Origin: Auanema rhodensis
Lineage: Eukaryota > Animalia > Nematoda
DNA: 43,566 bases
Direction: 5' to 3'
Assembly: GCA_964057225.1 (NCBI GenBank)
Contig: CAXKVF010000083.1
Span: forward strand, 1-43,566
Shown: positions 26,399-41,700 of the stretch, one piece after another
How the letters are laid out: every line of letters begins with the position of its first letter
Position numbering within the stretch: position 1 is the stretch's first letter
Program-made: the position numbers and the translations under genes
The notes under the pieces: model-generated
The model's input: only the letters and a program-made list of their open reading frames with translations
Databases searched by the model: none
Told to the model about the DNA's origin: nothing

Positions 26399-29300
26399 AA
26401 AGTCATGGTTACCATGAACCAATATCAATAAAAATTTGTTTTTAGACTAATATGGACATGGGGAATCTAATTTTGAAAACCGCATCTCTTTATCTTTCAC
26501 GTGAAGCGAGTTACATACCAAGTGCACATCACGTGTACATTTAATTAGCATAAATTAAAGTTCACGTAAATTTCAAAGTCATGGTTACCATGAAGCAATA
26601 TCAATAAAAATTTGTTTTTAGACTAATATGGACATGGGGAATCTAATTTTGAAAACCGCATCTCTTTATCTTTCACGTGAAGCGAGTTACATACCAAGTG
26701 CACATCACGTGTACATTTAATTAGCATAAATTAAAGTTCACGTAAAATTCAAAGTCATGGTTACCATGCACCAATATCAATGAAAATTTGTTTTTAGACT
26801 AATATGGACATGGGGAATCTAATTTTGAAAACCGCATCTCTTTATCTTTCACGTGAAGCGAGTTACATACCAAGTGCACATCACGTGTACATTTAATTAG
26901 CATAAATTAAAGTTCACGTAAATTTCAAAGTCATGGTTACCATGAACCAATATCAATAAAAATTTGTTTTTAGACTAATATGGACATGGGGAATCTAATT
27001 TTGAAAACCGCATCTCTTTATCTTTCACGTGAAGCGAGTTACATACCAAGTGCACATCACGTGTACATTTAATTAGCATAAATTAAAGTTCACGTAAATT
27101 TCAAAGTCATGGTTACCATGAACCAATATCAATAAAAATTTGTTTTTAGACTAATATGGACATGGGGAATCTAATTTTGAAAACCGCATCTCTTTATCTT
27201 TCACGTGAAGCGAGTTACATACCAAGTGCACATCACGTGTACATTTAATTAGCATAAATTAAAGTTCACGTAAATTTCAAAGTCATGGTTACCATGAAGC
27301 AATATCAATAAAAATTTGTTTTTAGACTAATATGGACATGGGGAATCTAATTTTGAAAACCGCATCTCTTTATCTTTCACGTGAAGCGAGTTACATATCA
27401 AGTGCACATCACGTGTACATTTAATTAGCATAAATTAAAGTTCACGTAAATTTCAAAGTCATGGTTACCATGAAGCAATATCAATAAAAATTTGTTTTTA
27501 GACTAATATGGACATGGGGAATCTAATTTTGAAAACCGCATCTCTTTATCTTTCACGTGAAGCGAGTTACATACCAAGTGCACATCACGTGTACATTTAA
27601 TTAGCATAAATTAAAGTTCACGTAAAATTCAAAGTCATGGTTACCATGCACCAATATCAATAAAAATTTGTTTTTAGACTAATATGGACATGTGGAATCT
27701 AATTTTGAAAACCGCATCTCTTTATCTTTCACGTGAAGCGAGTTACATACCAAGTGCACATCACGTGTACATTTAATTAGCATAAATTAAAGTTCACGTA
27801 AATTTCAAAGTCATGGTTACCATGAACCAATATCAATAAAAATTTGTTTTTAGACTAATATGGACATGGGGAATCTAATTTTGAAAACCGCATCTCTTTA
27901 TCTTTCACGTGAAGCGAGTTACATACCAAGTGCACATCACGTGTACATTTAATTAGCATAAATTAAAGTTCACGTAAATTTCAAAGTCATGGTTACCATG
28001 AACCAATATCAATAAAAATTTGTTTTTAGACTAATATGGACATGGGGAATCTAATTTTGAAAACCGCATCTCTTTATCTTTCACGTGAAGCGAGTTACAT
28101 ACCAAGTGCACATCACGTGTACATTTAATTAGCATAAATTAAAGTTCACGTAAATTTCAAAGTCATGGTTACCATGAAGCAATATCAATAAAAATTTGTT
28201 TTTAGACTAATATGGACATGGGGAATCTAATTTTGAAAACCGCATCTCTTTATCTTTCACGTGAAGCGAGTTACATACCAAGTGCACATCACGTGTACAT
28301 TTAATTAGCATAAATTAAAGTTCACGTAAAATTCAAAGTCATGGTTACCATGCACCAATATCAATGAAAATTTGTTTTTAGACTAATATGGACATGGGGA
28401 ATCTAATTTTGAAAACCGCATCTCTTTATCTTTCACGTGAAGCGAGTTACATACCAAGTGCACATCACGTGTACATTTAATTAGCATAAATTAAAGTTCA
28501 CGTAAATTTCAAAGTCATGGTTACCATGAACCAATATCAATAAAAATTTGTTTTTAGACTAATATGGACATGGGGAATCTAATTTTGAAAACCGCATCTC
28601 TTTATCTTTCACGTGAAGCGAGTTACATACCAAGTGCACATCACGTGTACATTTAATTAGCATAAATTAAAGTTCACGTAAATTTCAAAGTCATGGTTAC
28701 CATGAACCAATATCAATAAAAATTTGTTTTTAGACTAATATGGACATGGGGAATCTAATTTTGAAAACCGCATCTCTTTATCTTTCACGTGAAGCGAGTT
28801 ACATACCAAGTGCACATCACGTGTACATTTAATTAGCATAAATTAAAGTTCACGTAAATTTCAAAGTCATGGTTACCATGAAGCAATATCAATAAAAATT
28901 TGTTTTTAGACTAATATGGACATGGGGAATCTAATTTTGAAAACCGCATCTCTTTATCTTTCACGTGAAGCGAGTTACATATCAAGTGCACATCACGTGT
29001 ACATTTAATTAGCATAAATTAAAGTTCACGTAAATTTCAAAGTCATGGTTACCATGAAGCAATATCAATAAAAATTTGTTTTTAGACTAATATGGACATG
29101 GGGAATCTAATTTTGAAAACCGCATCTCTTTATCTTTCACGTGAAGCGATATACATACCAAGTGCACATCACGTGTACATTTAATTAGCATAAATTAAAG
29201 TTCACGTAAAATTCAAAGTCATGGTTACCATGCACCAATATCAATAAAAATTTGTTTTTAGACTAATATGGACATGTGGAATCTAATTTTGAAAACCGCA

Positions 29301-29566
29301 TCTCTTTATCTTTCACGTGAAGCGAGTTACATACCAAGTGCACATCACGTGTACATTTAATTAGCATAAATTAAAGTTCACGTAAATTTCAAAGTCATGG
29401 TTACCATGAACCAATATCAATAAAAATTTGTTTTTAGACTAATATGGACATGGGGAATCTAATTTTGGAAACCGCATCTCTTTATCTTTCACGTGAAGCG
29501 AGTTACATACCAAGTGCACATCACGTGTACATTTAATTAGCATAAATTAAAGTTCACGTAAATTTC
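26399..29566. repeat. 9-monomer (1,584-bp) local HOR, 2 copies (M151-159, M160-168)
   Basis: Markers AATGAAAA (M153/162), CATATCAA (M156/165) and ATGTGG (M158/167) recur with 1,584-bp period. The second copy has extra variants (GCGATATAC at ~29150, TTTTGG in M168). Confidence 0.85.
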
Positions 29567-30446
29567 AAAGTCATGGTTACCATGAACCAATATCAATAAA
29601 AATTTGTTTTTAGACTAATATGGACATGTGGAATCTAATTTTGAAAACCGCATCTCTTTATCTTTCACGTGAAGCGAGTTACATACCAAGTGCACATCAC
29701 GTGTACATTTAATTAGCATAAATTAAAGTTCACGTAAATTTCAAAGTCATGGTTACCATGCACCAATATCAATAAAAATTTGTTTTTAGACTAATATGGA
29801 CATGGGGAATCTAATTTTGAAAACCGCATCTCTTTATCTTTCACGTGAAGCGAGTTACATACCAAGTGCACATCACGTGTACATTTAATTAGCATAAATT
29901 AAAGTTCACGTAAATTTCAAAGTCATGGTTACCATGAACCAATATCAATAAAAATTTGTTTTTAGACTAATATGGACATGGGGAATCTAATTTTGAAAAC
30001 CGCATCTCTTTATCTTTCACGTGAAGCGAGTTACATACCAAGTGCACATCACGTGTACATTTAATTAGCATAAATTAAAGTTCACGTAAATTTCAAAGTC
30101 ATGGTTACCATGAACCAATATCAATAAAAATTTGTTTTTAGACTAATATGGACATGGGGAATCTAATTTTGAAAACCGCATCTCTTTATCTTTCACGTGA
30201 AGCGAGTTACATACCAAGTGCACATCACGTGTACATTTAATTAGCATAAATTAAAGTTCACGTAAATTTCAAAGTCATGGTTACCATGAAGCAATATCAA
30301 TAAAAATTTGTTTTTAGACTAATATGGACATGGGGAATCTAATTTTGAAAACCGCATCTCTTTATCTTTCACGTGAAGCGAGTTACATACCAAGTGCACA
30401 TCACGTGTACATTTAATTAGCATAAATTAAAGTTCACGTAAATTTC

Positions 30447-31678
30447 AAAGTCATGGTTACCATGCACCAATATCAATAAAAATTTGTTTTTAGACTAATA
30501 TGGACATGGGTAATCTAATTTTGAAAACCGCATCTCTTTATCTTTCACGTGAAGCGAGTTACATACCAAGTGCACATCACGTGTACATTTAATTAGCATA
30601 AATTAAAGTTCACGTAAATTTCAAAGTCATGGTTACCATGAACCAATATCAATAAAAATTTGTTTTTAGACTAATATGGACATGGGGAATCTAATTTTGA
30701 AAACCGCATCTCTTTATCTTTCACGTGAAGCGAGTTACATACCAAGTGCACATCACGTGTACATTTAATTAGCATAAATTAAAGTTCACGTAAATTTCAA
30801 AGTCATGGTTACCATGGACCAATATCAATAAAAATTTGTTTTTAGACTAATATGGACATGGGGAATCTAATTTTGAAAACCGCATTTCTTCATTTTTCAC
30901 GTGAAGCGAGTTACATACCAAGTGCACATCACGTGTACATTTAATTAGCATAAATTAAAGTTCACGTAAATTTCAAAGTCATGGTTACCATGCACCAATA
31001 TCAATAAAAATTTGTTTTTAGACTAATATGGACATGGGGAATCTAATTTTGAAAACCGCATCTCTTTATCTTTCACGTGAAGCGAGTTACATACCAAGTG
31101 CACATCACGTGTACATTTAATTAGCATAAATTAAAGTTCACGTAAATTTCAAAGTCATGGTTACCATGCACCAATATCAATAAAAATTTGTTTTTAGACT
31201 AATATGGACATGGGTAATCTAATTTTGAAAACCGCATCTCTTTATCTTTCACGTGAAGCGAGTTACATACCAAGTGCACATCACGTGTACATTTAATTAG
31301 CATAAATTAAAGTTCACGTAAATTTCAAAGTCATGGTTACCATGAACCAATATCAATAAAAATTTGTTTTTAGACTAATATGGACATGGGGAATCTAATT
31401 TTGAAAACCGCATCTCTTTATCTTTCACGTGAAGCGAGTTACATACCAAGTGCACATCACGTGTACATTTAATTAGCATAAATTAAAGTTCACGTAAATT
31501 TCAAAGTCATGGTTACCATGGACCAATATCAATAAAAATTTGTTTTTAGACTAATATAGACATGGAGAATCTAATTTTGAAAACCGCATTTCTTCATTTT
31601 TCACGTGAAGCGAGTTACATACCAAGTGCACATCACGTGTACATTTAATTAGCATAAATTAAAGTTCACGTAAATTTC
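30447..31678. repeat. 4-monomer (704-bp) local duplication, ~1.75 copies (M174-177, M178-180)
   Basis: CAC+GGGTAAT, AAC, GGACC+CATTTCTTCATTT recur 704 bp apart. Confidence 0.75.
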
Positions 31679-32734
31679 AAAGTCATGGTTACCATGAACC
31701 AATATCAATAAAAATTTGTTTTTAGACTAATATGGACATGGGTAATCTAATTTTGAAAACCGCATCTCTTTATCTTTCACGTGAAGCGAGTTACATACCA
31801 AGTGCACATCACGTGTACATTTAATTAGCATAAATTAAAGTTCACGTAAATTTCAAAGTCATGGTTACCATGAACCAATATCAATAAAAATTTGTTTTTA
31901 GACTAATATGGACATGGGGAATCTAATTTTGAAAACCGCATCTCTTCATCTTTCACGTGAAGCGAGTTACATACCAAGTGCACATCACGTGTACATTTAA
32001 TTAGCATAAATTAAAGTTCACGTAAATTTCAAAGTCATGGTTACCATGAACCAATATCAATAAAAATTTGTTTTTAGACTAATATGGACATGGGGAATCT
32101 AATTTTGAAAACCGCATTTCTTCATTTTTCACGTGAAGCGAGTTACATACCAAGTGCACATCACGTGTACATTTAATTAGCATAAATTAAAGTTCACGTA
32201 AATTTCAAAGTCATGGTTACCATGAACCAATATCAATAAAAATTTGTTTTTAGACTAATATGGACATGGGGAATCTAATTTTGAAAACCGCATCTCTTTA
32301 TCTTTCACGTGAAGCGAGTTACATACCAAGTGCACATCACGTGTACATTTAATTAGCATAAATTAAAGTTCACGTAAATTTCAAAGTCATGGTTACCATG
32401 AACCAATATCAATAAAAATTTGTTTTTAGACTAATATGGACATGGGGAATCTAATTTTGAAAACCGCATCTCTTTATCTTTCACGTGAAGCGAGTTACAT
32501 ACCAAGTGCACATCACGTGTACATTTAATTAGCATAAATTAAAGTTCACGTAAAATTCAAAGTCATGGTTACCATGCACCAATATCAATAAAAATTTGTT
32601 TTTAGACTAATATGGACATGGGGAATCTAATTTTGAAAACCGCATCTCTTTATCTTTCACGTGAAGCGAGTTACATACCAAGTGCACATCACGTGTACAT
32701 TTAATTAGCATAAATTAAAGTTCACGTAAATTTC

Positions 32735-35700
32735 AAAGTCATGGTTACCATGAACCAATATCAATAAAAATTTGTTTTTAGACTAATATGGACATGGGGA
32801 ATCTAATTTTGAAAACCGCATCTCTTCATCTTTCACGTGAAGCGAGTTACATACCAAGTGCACATCACGTGTACATTTAATTAGCATAAATTAAAGTTCA
32901 CGTAAAATTCAAAGTCATGGTTACCATGAACCAATATCAATAAAAATTTGTTTTTAGACTAATATGGACATGGGGAATCTAATTTTGAAAACCGCATCTC
33001 TTTATCTTTCACGTGAAGCGAGTTACATACCAAGTGCACATCACGTGTACATTTAATTAGCATAAATTAAAGTTCACGTAAATTTCAAAGTCATGGTTAC
33101 CATGAACCAATATCAATAAAAATTTGTTTTTAGACTAATATGGACATGGGGAATCTAATTTTGAAAACCGCATCTCTTCATCTTTCACGTGAAGCGAGTT
33201 ACATACCAAGTGCACATCACGTGTACATTTAATTAGCATAAATTAAAGTTCACGTAAAATTCAAAGTCATGGTTACCATGCACCAATATCAATAAAAATT
33301 CGTTTTTAGACTAATATGGACATGGGGAATCTAATTTTGAAAACCGCATCTCTTTATCTTTCACGTGAAGCGAGTTACATACCAAGTGCACATCATGTGT
33401 ACATTTAATTAGCATAAATTAAAGTTCACGTAAATTTCAAAGTCATGGTTACCATGAACCAATATCAATAAAAATTTGTTTTTAGACTAATATGGACATG
33501 GGGAATCTAATTTTGAAAACCGCATCTCTTTATCTCTCACGTGAAGCGAGTTACATACCAAGTGCACATCACGTGTACATTTAATTAGCATAAATTAAAG
33601 TTCACGTAAATTTCAAAGTCATGGTTACCATGAAGCAATATCAATAAAAATTTGTTTTTAGACTAATATGGACATGGGGAATCTAATTTTGAAAACCGCA
33701 TCTCTTTATCTTTCACGTGAAGCGAGTTACATACCAAGTGCACATCACGTGTACATTTAATTAGCATAAATTAAAGTTCACGTAAATTTCAAAGTCATGG
33801 TTACCATGAAGCAATATCAATAAAAATTTGTTTTTAGACTAATATGGACAGGGGGAATCTAATTTTGAAAACCGCATCTCTTTATCTTTCACGTGAAGCG
33901 AGTTACATACCAAGTGCACATCACGTGTACATTTAATTAGCATAAATTAAAGTTCACGTAAATTTCAAAGTCATGGTTACCATGAACCAATATCAATAAA
34001 AATTTGTTTTTAGACTAATATGGACATGGGGAATCTAATTTTGAAAACCGCATCTCTTTATCTTTCACGTGAAGCGAGTTACATACCAAGTGCACATCAC
34101 GTGTACATTTAATTAGCATAAATTAAAGTTCACGTAAAATTCAAAGTCATGGTTACCATGCACCAATATCAATAAAAATTTGTTTTTAGACTAATATGGA
34201 CATGGGGAATCTAATTTTGAAAACCGCATCTCTTTATCTTTCACGTGAAGCGAGTTACATACCAAGTGCACATCACGTGTACATTTAATTAGCATAAATT
34301 AAAGTTCACGTAAATTTCAAAGTCATGGTTACCATGAACCAATATCAATAAAAATTTGTTTTTAGACTAATATGGACATGGGGAATCTAATTTTGAAAAC
34401 CGCATCTCTTCATCTTTCACGTGAAGCGAGTTACATACCAAGTGCACATCACGTGTACATTTAATTAGCATAAATTAAAGTTCACGTAAAATTCAAAGTC
34501 ATGGTTACCATGCACCAATATCAATAAAAATTCGTTTTTAGACTAATATGGACATGGGGAATCTAATTTTGAAAACCGCATCTCTTTATCTTTCACGTGA
34601 AGCGAGTTACATACCAAGTGCACATCATGTGTACATTTAATTAGCATAAATTAAAGTTCACGTAAATTTCAAAGTCATGGTTACCATGAAGCAATATCAA
34701 TAAAAATTTGTTTTTAGACTAATATGGACATGGGGAATCTAATTTTGAAAACCGCATCTCTTTATCTTTCACGTGAAGCGAGTTACATACCAAGTGCACA
34801 TCACGTGTACATTTAATTAGCATAAATTAAAGTTCACGTAAATTTCAAAGTCATGGTTACCATGAACCAATATCAATAAAAATTTGTTTTTAGACTAATA
34901 TGGACATGGGGAATCTAATTTTGAAAACCGCATCTCTTTATCTTTCACGTGAAGCGAGTTACATACCAAGTGCACATCACGTGTACATTTAATTAGCATA
35001 AATTAAAGTTCACGTAAAATTCAAAGTCATGGTTACCATGCACCAATATCAATAAAAATTTGTTTTTAGACTAATATGGACATGGGGAATCTAATTTTGA
35101 AAACCGCATCTCTTTATCTTTCACGTGAAGCGAGTTACATACCAAGTGCACATCACGTGTACATTTAATTAGCATAAATTAAAGTTCACGTAAATTTCAA
35201 AGTCATGGTTACCATGAACCAATATCAATAAAAATTTGTTTTTAGACTAATATGGACATGGGGAATCTAATTTTGAAAACCGCATCTCTTCATCTTTCAC
35301 GTGAAGCGAGTTACATACCAAGTGCACATCACGTGTACATTTAATTAGCATAAATTAAAGTTCACGTAAAATTCAAAGTCATGGTTACCATGCACCAATA
35401 TCAATAAAAATTCGTTTTTAGACTAATATGGACATGGGGAATCTAATTTTGAAAACCGCATCTCTTTATCTTTCACGTGAAGCGAGTTACATACCAAGTG
35501 CACATCATGTGTACATTTAATTAGCATAAATTAAAGTTCACGTAAATTTCAAAGTCATGGTTACCATGAAGCAATATCAATAAAAATTTGTTTTTAGACT
35601 AATATGGACATGGGGAATCTAATTTTGAAAACCGCATCTCTTTATCTTTCACGTGAAGCGAGTTACATACCAAGTGCACATCACGTGTACATTTAATTAG

Positions 35701-38700
35701 CATAAATTAAAGTTCACGTAAATTTCAAAGTCATGGTTACCATGAACCAATATCAATAAAAATTTGTTTTTAGACTAATATGGACATGGGGAATCTAATT
35801 TTGAAAACCGCATCTCTTTATCTTTCACGTGAAGCGAGTTACATACCAAGTGCACATCACGTGTACATTTAATTAGCATAAATTAAAGTTCACGTAAAAT
35901 TCAAAGTCATGGTTACCATGCACCAATATCAATAAAAATTTGTTTTTAGACTAATATGGACATGGGGAATCTAATTTTGAAAACCGCATCTCTTTATCTT
36001 TCACGTGAAGCGAGTTACATACCAAGTGCACATCACGTGTACATTTAATTAGCATAAATTAAAGTTCACGTAAATTTCAAAGTCATGGTTACCATGAAGC
36101 AATATCAATAAAAATTTGTTTTTAGACTAATATGGACATGGGGAATCTAATTTTGAAAACCGCATCTCTTTATCTTTCACGTGAAGCGAGTTACATACCA
36201 AGTGCACATCACGTGTACATTTAATTAGCATAAATTAAAGTTCACGTAAATTTCAAAGTCATGGTTACCATGAAGCAATATCAATAAAAATTTGTTTTTA
36301 GACTAATATGGACAGGGGGAATCTAATTTTGAAAACCGCATCTCTTTATCTTTCACGTGAAGCGAGTTACATACCAAGTGCACATCACGTGTACATTTAA
36401 TTAGCATAAATTAAAGTTCACGTAAATTTCAAAGTCATGGTTACCATGAACCAATATCAATAAAAATTTGTTTTTAGACTAATATGGACATGGGGAATCT
36501 AATTTTGAAAACCGCATCTCTTTATCTTTCACGTGAAGCGAGTTACATACCAAGTGCACATCACGTGTACATTTAATTAGCATAAATTAAAGTTCACGTA
36601 AAATTCAAAGTCATGGTTACCATGCACCAATATCAATAAAAATTTGTTTTTAGACTAATATGGACATGGGGAATCTAATTTTGAAAACCGCATCTCTTTA
36701 TCTTTCACGTGAAGCGAGTTACATACCAAGTGCACATCACGTGTACATTTAATTAGCATAAATTAAAGTTCACGTAAATTTCAAAGTCATGGTTACCATG
36801 AACCAATATCAATAAAAATTTGTTTTTAGACTAATATGGACATGGGGAATCTAATTTTGAAAACCGCATCTCTTCATCTTTCACGTGAAGCGAGTTACAT
36901 ACCAAGTGCACATCACGTGTACATTTAATTAGCATAAATTAAAGTTCACGTAAAATTCAAAGTCATGGTTACCATGCACCAATATCAATAAAAATTCGTT
37001 TTTAGACTAATATGGACATGGGGAAACTAATTTTGAAAACCGCATCTCTTTATCTTTCACGTGAAGCGAGTTACATACCAAGTGCACATCATGTGTACAT
37101 TTAATTAGCATAAATTAAAGTTCACGTAAATTTCAAAGTCATGGTTACCATGAACCAATATCAATAAAAATTTGTTTTTAGACTAATATGAACATGGGGA
37201 ATCTAATTTTGAAAACCGCATCTCTTCATCTTTCACGTGAAGCGAGTTACATACCAAGTGCACATCACGTGTACATTTAATTAGCATAAATTAAAGTTCA
37301 CGTAAAATTCAAAGTCATGGTTACCATGCACCAATATCAATAAAAATTCGTTTTTAGACTAATATGGACATGGGGAATCTAATTTTGAAAACCGCATCTC
37401 TTTATCTTTCACGTGAAGCGAGTTACATACCAAGTGCACATCACGTGTACATTTAATTAGCATAAATTAAAGTTCACGTAAATTTCAAAGTCATGGTTAC
37501 CATGAACCAATATCAATAAAAATTTGTTTTTAGAATAATATGGACATGGGGAATCTAATTTTGAAAACCGCATCTCTTTATATTTCACGTGAAGCGAGTT
37601 ACATACCAAGTGCACATCACGTGTACATTTAATTAGCATAAATTAAAGTTCACGTAAATTTCAAAGTCATGGTTACCATGAAGCAATATCAATAAAAATT
37701 TGTTTTTAGACTAATATGGACATGGGGAATCTAATTTTGAAAACCGCATCTCTTTATCTTTCACGTGAAGCGAGTTACATACCAAGTGCACATCACGTGT
37801 ACATTTAATTAGCATTAATTAAAGTTCACGTAAATTTCAAAGTCATGGTTACCATGAAGCAATATCAATAAAAATTTGTTTTTAGACTAATATGGACATG
37901 GGGAATCTAATTTTGAAAACCGCATCTTTTTATCTTTCACGTGAAGCGAGTTACATACCAAGTGCACATCACGTGTACATTTAATTAGCATAAATTAAAG
38001 TTCACGTAAATTTCAAAGTCATGGTTACCATGAACCAATATCAATAAAAATTTGTTTTTAGACTAATATGGACATGGGGAATCTAATTTTGAGAACCGCA
38101 TCTCTTTATCTTTCACGTGAAGCGAGTTACATACCAAGTGCACATCACGTGTACATTTAATTAGCATAAATTAAAGTTCACGTAAATTTCAAAGTCATGG
38201 TTACCATGAAGCAATATCAATAAAAATTTGTTTTTAGACTAATATGGACATGGGGAATCTAATTTTGAAAACCGCATCTCTTTATCTTTCACGTGAAGCG
38301 AGTTACATACCAAGTGCACATCACGTGTACATTTAATTAGCATAAATTAAAGTTCACGTAAATTTCAAAGTCATGGTTACCATGCACCAATATCAATAAA
38401 AATTTGTTTTTAGACTAATATGGACATGGGGAATCTAATTTTGAAAACCGCATCTCTTTATCTTTCACGTGAAGCGAGTTACATACCAAGTGCACATCAC
38501 GTGTACATTTAATTAGCATAAATTAAAGTTCACGTAAATTTCAAAGTCATGGTTACCATGAACCAATATCAATAAAAATTTGTTTTTAGAATAATATGGA
38601 CATGGGGAATCTAATTTTGAAAACCGCATCTCTTTATATTTCACGTGAAGCGAGTTACATACCAAGTGCACATCACGTGTACATTTAATTAGCATAAATT

Positions 38701-41700
38701 AAAGTTCACGTAAATTTCAAAGTCATGGTTACCATGAAGCAATATCAATAAAAATTTGTTTTTAGACTAATATGGACATGGGGAATCTAATTTTGAAAAC
38801 CGCATCTCTTTATCTTTCACGTGAAGCGAGTTACATACCAAGTGCACATCACGTGTACATTTAATTAGCATTAATTAAAGTTCACGTAAATTTCAAAGTC
38901 ATGGTTACCATGAAGCAATATCAATAAAAATTTGTTTTTAGACTAATATGGACATGGGGAATCTAATTTTGAAAACCGCATCTTTTTATCTTTCACGTGA
39001 AGCGAGTTACATACCAAGTGCACATCACGTGTACATTTAATTAGCATAAATTAAAGTTCACGTAAATTTCAAAGTCATGGTTACCATGAACCAATATCAA
39101 TAAAAATTTGTTTTTAGACTAATATGGACATGGGGAATCTAATTTTGAGAACCGCATCTCTTTATCTTTCACGTGAAGCGAGTTACATACCAAGTGCACA
39201 TCACGTGTACATTTAATTAGCATAAATTAAAGTTCACGTAAATTTCAAAGTCATGGTTACCATGAAGCAATATCAATAAAAATTTGTTTTTAGACTAATA
39301 TGGACATGGGGAATCTAATTTTGAAAACCGCATCTCTTTATCTTTCACGTGAAGCGAGTTACATACCAAGTGCACATCACGTGTACATTTAATTAGCATA
39401 AATTAAAGTTCACGTAAATTTCAAAGTCATGGTTACCATGCACCAATATCAATAAAAATTTGTTTTTAGACTAATATGGACATGGGGAATCTAATTTTGA
39501 AAACCGCATCTCTTTATCTTTCACGTGAAGCGAGTTACATACCAAGTGCACATCACGTGTACATTTAATTAGCATAAATTAAAGTTCACGTAAATTTCAA
39601 AGTCATGGTTACCATGAACCAATATCAATAAAAATTTGTTTTTAGACTAATATGGACATGGGGAATCTAATTTTGAAAACCGCATCTCTTTATCTTTCAC
39701 GTGAAGCGAGTTACATACCAAGTGCACATCACGTGTACATTTAATTAGCATAAATTAAAGTTCACGTAAATTTCAAAGTCATGGTTACCATGAAGCAATA
39801 TCAATAAAAATTTGTTTTTAGACTAATATGGACATGGGGAATCTAATTTTGAAAACCGCATCTCTTTATCTTTCACGTGAAGCGAGTTACATACCAAGTG
39901 CACATCACGTGTACATTTAATTAGCATAAATTAAAGTTCACGTAAATTTCAAAGTCATGGTTACCATGAAGCAATATCAATAAAAATTTGTTTTTAGACT
40001 AATATGGACATGGGGAATCTAATTTTGAAAACCGCATCTCTTTATCTTTCACGTGAAGCGAGTTACATACCAAGTGCACATCACGTGTACATTTAATTAG
40101 CATAAATTAAAGTTCACGTAAATTTCAAAGTCATGGTTACCATGCACCAATATCAATAAAAATTTGTTTTTAGACTAATATGGACATGGGGAATCTAATT
40201 TTGAAAACCGCATCTCTTTATCTCTCACGTGAAGCGAGTTACATACCAAGTGCACATCACGTGTACATTTAATTAGCATAAATTAAAGTTCACGTAAATT
40301 TCAAAGTCATGGTTACCATGAACCAATATCAATAAAAATTTGTTTTTAGACTAATATGGACATGGGGAATCTAATTTTGAAAACCGCATCTCTTTATCTT
40401 TCACGTGAAGCGAGTTACATACCAAGTGCACATCACGTGTACATTTAATTAGCATAAATTAAAGTTCACGTAAATTTCAAAGTCATGGTTACCATGAACC
40501 AATATCAATAAAAATTTGTTTTTAGACTAATATGGACATGGGGAATCTAATTTTGAAAACCGCATCTCTTTATCTTTCACGTGAAGCGAGTTACATACCA
40601 AGTGCACATCACGTGTACATTTAATTAGCATAAATTAAAGTTCACGTAAATTTCAAAGTCATGGTTACCATGAACCAATATCAATAAAAATTTGTTTTTA
40701 GAATAATATGGACATGGGGAATCTAATTTTGAAAACCGCATCTCTTTATATTTCACGTGAAGCGAGTTACATACCAAGTGCACATCACGTGTACATTTAA
40801 TTAGCATAAATTAAAGTTCACGTAAATTTCAAAGTCATGGTTACCATGAAGCAATATCAATAAAAATTTGTTTTTAGACTAATATGGACATGGGGAATCT
40901 AATTTTGAAAACCGCATCTCTTTATCTTTCACGTGAAGCGAGTTACATACCAAGTGCACATCACGTGTACATTTAATTAGCATTAATTAAAGTTCACGTA
41001 AATTTCAAAGTCATGGTTACCATGAAGCAATATCAATAAAAATTTGTTTTTAGACTAATATGGACATGGGGAATCTAATTTTGAAAACCGCATCTTTTTA
41101 TCTTTCACGTGAAGCGAGTTACATACCAAGTGCACATCACGTGTACATTTAATTAGCATAAATTAAAGTTCACGTAAATTTCAAAGTCATGGTTACCATG
41201 AACCAATATCAATAAAAATTTGTTTTTAGACTAATATGGACATGGGGAATCTAATTTTGAGAACCGCATCTCTTTATCTTTCACGTGAAGCGAGTTACAT
41301 ACCAAGTGCACATCACGTGTACATTTAATTAGCATAAATTAAAGTTCACGTAAATTTCAAAGTCATGGTTACCATGAAGCAATATCAATAAAAATTTGTT
41401 TTTAGACTAATATGGACATGGGGAATCTAATTTTGAAAACCGCATCTCTTTATCTTTCACGTGAAGCGAGTTACATACCAAGTGCACATCACGTGTACAT
41501 TTAATTAGCATAAATTAAAGTTCACGTAAATTTCAAAGTCATGGTTACCATGCACCAATATCAATAAAAATTTGTTTTTAGACTAATATGGACATGGGGA
41601 ATCTAATTTTGAAAACCGCATCTCTTTATCTTTCACGTGAAGCGAGTTACATACCAAGTGCACATCACGTGTACATTTAATTAGCATAAATTAAAGTTCA

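Larger units (their letters stand above)
1..32734. repeat. One full period of a 186-monomer (32,734-bp) super higher-order repeat (start phase arbitrary)
   Basis: 186x176-2 = 32,734, which equals the offset between the ORF sets (37457-4723, 38513-5779, 40625-7891). Rare variants recur at the same offset. Confidence 0.92.

Noticed and set aside
4723-40807. Six identical 60-aa minus-strand ORFs (MLIKCTRDVH...) at 4723, 5779, 7891, 37457, 38513 and 40625
   Set aside because: They exist only where SNP C49A (e.g. position 4801) turns the minus-strand TAG into TAT, and all other monomers have the stop. They span about one monomer, have no recognisable domain and no gene context. They are useful only as HOR markers.
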